DNA from: an uncultured Alphaproteobacteria bacterium | GTDB lineage: Bacteria; Pseudomonadota; Alphaproteobacteria; Rs-D84 | DNA: 64,000 nucleotides | Direction of reading: 5' to 3' | NCBI GenBank assembly: GCA_947054455.1 | Contig: CAMRWN010000003.1 | Location: forward strand, 30,681-94,680 | In this document: one piece after another, positions 61,027-64,000 of the stretch | Layout of the letters: every line of letters begins with the position of its first letter | How positions within the stretch are numbered: the stretch's first letter is position 1 | Notes under the pieces: generated by a model | What the model was told of the DNA's origin: nothing | Seen by the model: the letters and a program-made list of their open reading frames with translations, nothing else | Database searches by the model: none | Translations under genes and position numbers: made by a program

Positions 61027-61587
61027 ATGCCGAGCAAGAAGTTAGATTTTAAAACAGGACAATATGTGGTTTATCCGACCCAGGGTGTTGGAAAACTGCT
61101 GCGGATAGAAGAACAGACGATTGGCGACCAGAAGATAAAAATGCTGGTCATTGATTTTGAACGCAACCACATGACATTGCGCGTTCCGGTTGAACGTGCG
61201 GAAATTTCCGGTCTGCGTCCGCTGACATCGGTCAAGAAAATGGACGAAGCGATTGCGTCCGCCAAGGGCAAGGCCGGCGCCAAGCGCATGATTTGGGCGC
61301 GTCGTGCCGCACAATACGAAGAAAACATAAATTCCGGCGATCCCATGAAACTGGCCGAGGTGGTTCGTGATTTGCAGCGCCGTACGGCCGCAGAACCCAT
61401 GACGTTTTCCGCGCGCCAGCTGTATTTGCGCGCATTAGAGCGCATGGCCCAGGAATTTGCCGTTCTGCACAAGATTGACTTGGATGCCGCATCCGAAAAG
61501 ATAGAAGATATTCTGGGTATTCCAAAGGAAATTGATTTGAACGCTGTCGACGGCGAAGACGATGAAATCGAAGATGAAGATTCCTAG
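61027..61587 (+). CDS. carD: CarD-family RNA-polymerase-binding transcription regulator with an acidic tail
   Basis: FKTGQYVVYPTQGVGKLLRIEEQTIGDQKIKMLVIDFERNHMTLRVPV is a Tudor-like RID, followed by a helical domain. The tail reads DGEDDEIEDEDS. Confidence 0.85.
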   Translation: MPSKKLDFKTGQYVVYPTQGVGKLLRIEEQTIGDQKIKMLVIDFERNHMTLRVPVERAEISGLRPLTSVKKMDEAIASAKGKAGAKRMIWARRAAQYEENINSGDPMKLAEVVRDLQRRTAAEPMTFSARQLYLRALERMAQEFAVLHKIDLDAASEKIEDILGIPKEIDLNAVDGEDDEIEDEDS

Positions 61588-61591
61588 TTTA

Positions 61592-61621
61592 AATTCCCCG
61601 TTCAGACGGGGAATTTTTTTA
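61592..61621. terminator. Intrinsic terminator
   Basis: aattccccg-ttcaga-cggggaatt hairpin followed by a T run. Confidence 0.75.
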
Positions 61622-61661
61622 TTATGCGCAAATTAAATTTTGTTTCGAACGGGGGCGCGCA

Positions 61662-62390
61662 TTACATAACGAAATCTTCGCCCAGGTACACTTTTTTAAC
61701 CATTTCATCCTTGACGATTTCGGCGGTTGTTCCGTGTTTCAATATTTTGCCGTCGTGCAGGACATAGCTGCGGTCGGTGATTCCAAGTGTTTCGCGGACG
61801 TTGTGGTCGGTGATTATAACCCCCAGGCCGCGGTTTTTCAGCTGGGATACCAGACTGCGTATTTCATTCACGGCAATCGGGTCGATGCCAGCGAACGGTT
61901 CGTCCAGCAGTATGAATTTCGGGTCGTTTGCCAATGCACGCGCGATTTCTACACGACGGCGTTCACCGCCGGACAGGGCGGTTGCCGGGCTGCGGCGCAG
62001 GGCGGATATTGAAAATTCTTCCAGCAGTGCGTCCAGTTTTTGACGGCGTTTTTTCTTGTTTGGTTCGACAACTTCCAGAATTGCCATTATGTTCTGTTCA
62101 ACCGTTAGGCCGCGGAACACGCTGTTTTCCTGGGGCAGGTATCCGATGTGCAGGCGCGCGCGCTGATAAAACGGCAGGTGTGTTATATCCTGTGAATTAA
62201 GGAATATCTGGCCGCCGGTTGCAGACAGCTGGCCCGTTATGCAATAAAACGCCGTTGTTTTGCCCGCGCCGTTGGGCCCCAGCAGACCGACCGATTCGCC
62301 TTGCCGCGCCTCCAGCGAGATGTCCTTGATAACCATGCGGTTGCCGTATGATTTTGACAGGTGCTCAACACGTAGTACTGATTTTTTCAT
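61662..62390 (-). CDS. lptB: LPS export ABC transporter ATP-binding protein
   Basis: Walker A GPNGAGKTT, signature LSGGERRR, Walker B FILLDEPFAGIDP, and a 242-aa size typical of LptB. Confidence 0.88.
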   Translation of the reverse strand: MKKSVLRVEHLSKSYGNRMVIKDISLEARQGESVGLLGPNGAGKTTAFYCITGQLSATGGQIFLNSQDITHLPFYQRARLHIGYLPQENSVFRGLTVEQNIMAILEVVEPNKKKRRQKLDALLEEFSISALRRSPATALSGGERRRVEIARALANDPKFILLDEPFAGIDPIAVNEIRSLVSQLKNRGLGVIITDHNVRETLGITDRSYVLHDGKILKHGTTAEIVKDEMVKKVYLGEDFVM

Positions 62391-62902
62391 AATCTTATCA
62401 CCAATTCGTCTGTTAAAACTTTGTCGCCATTGCTGGAATTTATTCGAACGTTTCCGTTCAGTGTTATTGTCTTGTCCCGGCGATTGTACCGGCCCGTGCG
62501 GGCGGATATGTCGTCGGTTATTGTTTTGCCGCCCGCGCGGCGATTTATGGTGCCGGCGACCGTTGTCATGAAAATTATGTCGGGTTTGTCATATTCCTGG
62601 CGGGCGGTGGCGGCGCGCATTTTAAACGGCTGGCCGTCCTTGTCTGTGCCGGCAAAGGACGCGCCCGACATTTTAAACTGGTTGCTGACGATGTCGGTCA
62701 TGTTGATTGCCGATATCGGCGTCCATATCAGCTGGCGCGAAAACAATGCGCCCGCAACCAGCGCCGCCACCATGACCAGCCCCCATCCGGTAAAGAAAAA
62801 CTGCCACAGACGCTTCAGCCGGCGGTGCTTTGTGAATATTATAAAATTGCGTTTGTTTTTCTGCACGTTCCCAAGTTTAGCGCGGCGCGCATCAAAAAGC
62901 AA
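62387..62902 (-). CDS. lptC: LptC-like LPS export periplasmic protein (single TM plus OstA-like fold)
   Basis: N-terminal TM segment FFFTGWGLVMVAALVAGALF followed by a beta-rich ~120 aa. The stop overlaps the lptB start (ATGA). Confidence 0.5.
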   Translation of the reverse strand: MLFDARRAKLGNVQKNKRNFIIFTKHRRLKRLWQFFFTGWGLVMVAALVAGALFSRQLIWTPISAINMTDIVSNQFKMSGASFAGTDKDGQPFKMRAATARQEYDKPDIIFMTTVAGTINRRAGGKTITDDISARTGRYNRRDKTITLNGNVRINSSNGDKVLTDELVIRL

Positions 62903-62953
62903 TTTTTATATTTGTGCGGCATGCATTTTATGTTATAATGATGCACAGAGAGA

Positions 62954-63763
62954 ATGAAAAAAGCCATATTGTTTTTTATAGCTGCCGCACATTTCATGAC
63001 CACAGGGCCGGTCATGGGGGCTGTCGCAATTAAAAAGGCGTCATCGGTTGCGTCGTCCGCATCATCCGGCAGCGCCGCGTCCACCGCCGCCAGTATTGTG
63101 CCTGCGGTATTGAATCTGGTGGCCGGTGTCAAAAGTCTTAACAGCATGCAGAAAGAGTTGGAAAACGACTGCATCCCGACGGCCCAGGAAATAAGTTTTG
63201 TTGACTCCACCTTGAAGGAATGGGCCAAGACCGGCGAAATGAGCGCCAAGGAAGTCGAAAGAAAACTGGGGCGCAAGCCGTGTCCGGGCGGCATCGGGTA
63301 CGAGTCGGCGGTTCGCATCGCGGCCGGTACGCAGGATGTGGAAGTTTGCTATGATAATTATGCCGGCACCGACACAGACATGATTTGGTACGGTTATCCA
63401 AAGGTTGGAAACGCAACGTATTGTGCGGACGGATTGCTTAACTGTGGTGAAAAAAGTAAAAAGCATGCATCCGACATTTACGACATATTCAATCTGATTA
63501 GTTTTTCCACCGACGATTATACCAAGACAGAGGCGACAATGGCCGCCCGCCTGATGGATAAGATTGAGCGCTGTTCTTATTCAAAGCTTAGCGCCAAAAA
63601 GCGTGAGATGTGGGGCGAATTCCTGACCAACACGATGAGCAATGTTGGTCAAAAGACCGATACCGGTATGATTATGCAGTCGGTTGGCGGGATAACCACA
63701 AACGGTCTCAACGGCGGTCTGCAGTCGCTGGGGGCGATTGCGACGCAGTTTATGGACAGATAA
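62954..63763 (+). CDS. Secreted protein of unknown function (269 aa)
   Basis: Signal peptide MKKAILFFIAAAHFMTTGPVMGA, then an S/A-rich spacer and 6 Cys. The promoter TTGTGC-16-TATAAT lies just upstream. Confidence 0.65.
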   Translation: MKKAILFFIAAAHFMTTGPVMGAVAIKKASSVASSASSGSAASTAASIVPAVLNLVAGVKSLNSMQKELENDCIPTAQEISFVDSTLKEWAKTGEMSAKEVERKLGRKPCPGGIGYESAVRIAAGTQDVEVCYDNYAGTDTDMIWYGYPKVGNATYCADGLLNCGEKSKKHASDIYDIFNLISFSTDDYTKTEATMAARLMDKIERCSYSKLSAKKREMWGEFLTNTMSNVGQKTDTGMIMQSVGGITTNGLNGGLQSLGAIATQFMDR

Positions 63764-63765
63764 AA

Positions 63766-63788
63766 ATCCCGCACATGCGGGATTTTTT
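63766..63788 (+). terminator. Intrinsic terminator
   Basis: atcccgc-acat-gcgggat hairpin followed by a T6 run. Confidence 0.8.
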
Positions 63789-63861
63789 CTTGTTCTTTTT
63801 CTGCTTTACTAAGTTTGCAAAAAATCGTATAATATAAGGGATTATAAGAAGGGAAGTTTCT

Positions 63862-64000
63862 ATGAAAAAGAAATCTTGTGTGTCAACATGGATTATTTCG
63901 CGCATGCTGGTTGTGGCGTCGGTCGCCATGCTGGCGGGGTGCGCCAATCGCGGTGGCGACGGCGATTTTGCATATGGGCCGGCCGCGACGCCGACGGTCG
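63862..64000 (+). CDS. Lipoprotein, N-terminal fragment (runs off the window)
   Basis: The ATG at 63862 follows the SD aagaagggaag. The sequence MKKKSCVSTWIISRMLVVASVAMLAGCANRGGDG carries the lipobox LAGC. It is not in the ORF track because it has no stop in the window. Confidence 0.6.
   Translation, partial: MKKKSCVSTWIISRMLVVASVAMLAGCANRGGDGDFAYGPAATPTV

Overview
This is a chromosomal window from a diderm bacterium (LptB/LptC, BamE, several beta-barrel OMPs). It is probably anaerobic, because it encodes an nifJ-type pyruvate:ferredoxin oxidoreductase. Gene content and order look most like a small-genome alphaproteobacterium, but that is inference only. I call about 60 protein genes, three tRNAs and one decayed tRNA copy.

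**Housekeeping backbone:** infA, rpsF-rpsR-rplI, recO, rpmB, an N-domain-less clpB, rpsU, polA, pth, rpsB-tsf, tyrS, an EnvC-like activator, ctpA, PFOR, bamE, carD, lptC-lptB, and the known pbpC plus thioester alpha-2-macroglobulin pair.

**Lineage-specific exported proteins, interleaved with the backbone:**
- Four paralogous giant Cys-rich secreted proteins share an invariant C-x3-Y-x2-CMDxFC-x9-CxCS head motif that I cannot assign to any known family. They lie at 1-788 (partial, missing from the ORF track), 1274-3433, 3459-5894 and 30262-33480.
- At least five smaller Cys-rich secreted proteins are also present.
- Near the tandem giant genes lies a MotA/MotB-like proton-channel pair whose MotB-like subunit carries a roughly 200-aa coiled coil.

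**Candidate regulatory RNAs:** Several secreted-protein and OMP genes are preceded by promoter, structured RNA and intrinsic terminator units. Two of these (8034-8136 minus, 16021-16128 plus) share a homologous three-helix core whose closing helix overlaps the terminator.

**Other oddities:**
- a tRNA-Leu with an apparent AAG anticodon
- a tandem decayed tRNA-Ala copy
- an orphan EncFtn-like gene
- a degenerate Fic protein
- an orphan serine recombinase next to an S8 autotransporter

No CRISPR array, rRNA, transposase or prophage genes were seen. All calls come from reading the sequence and translations by eye. No database search was run.
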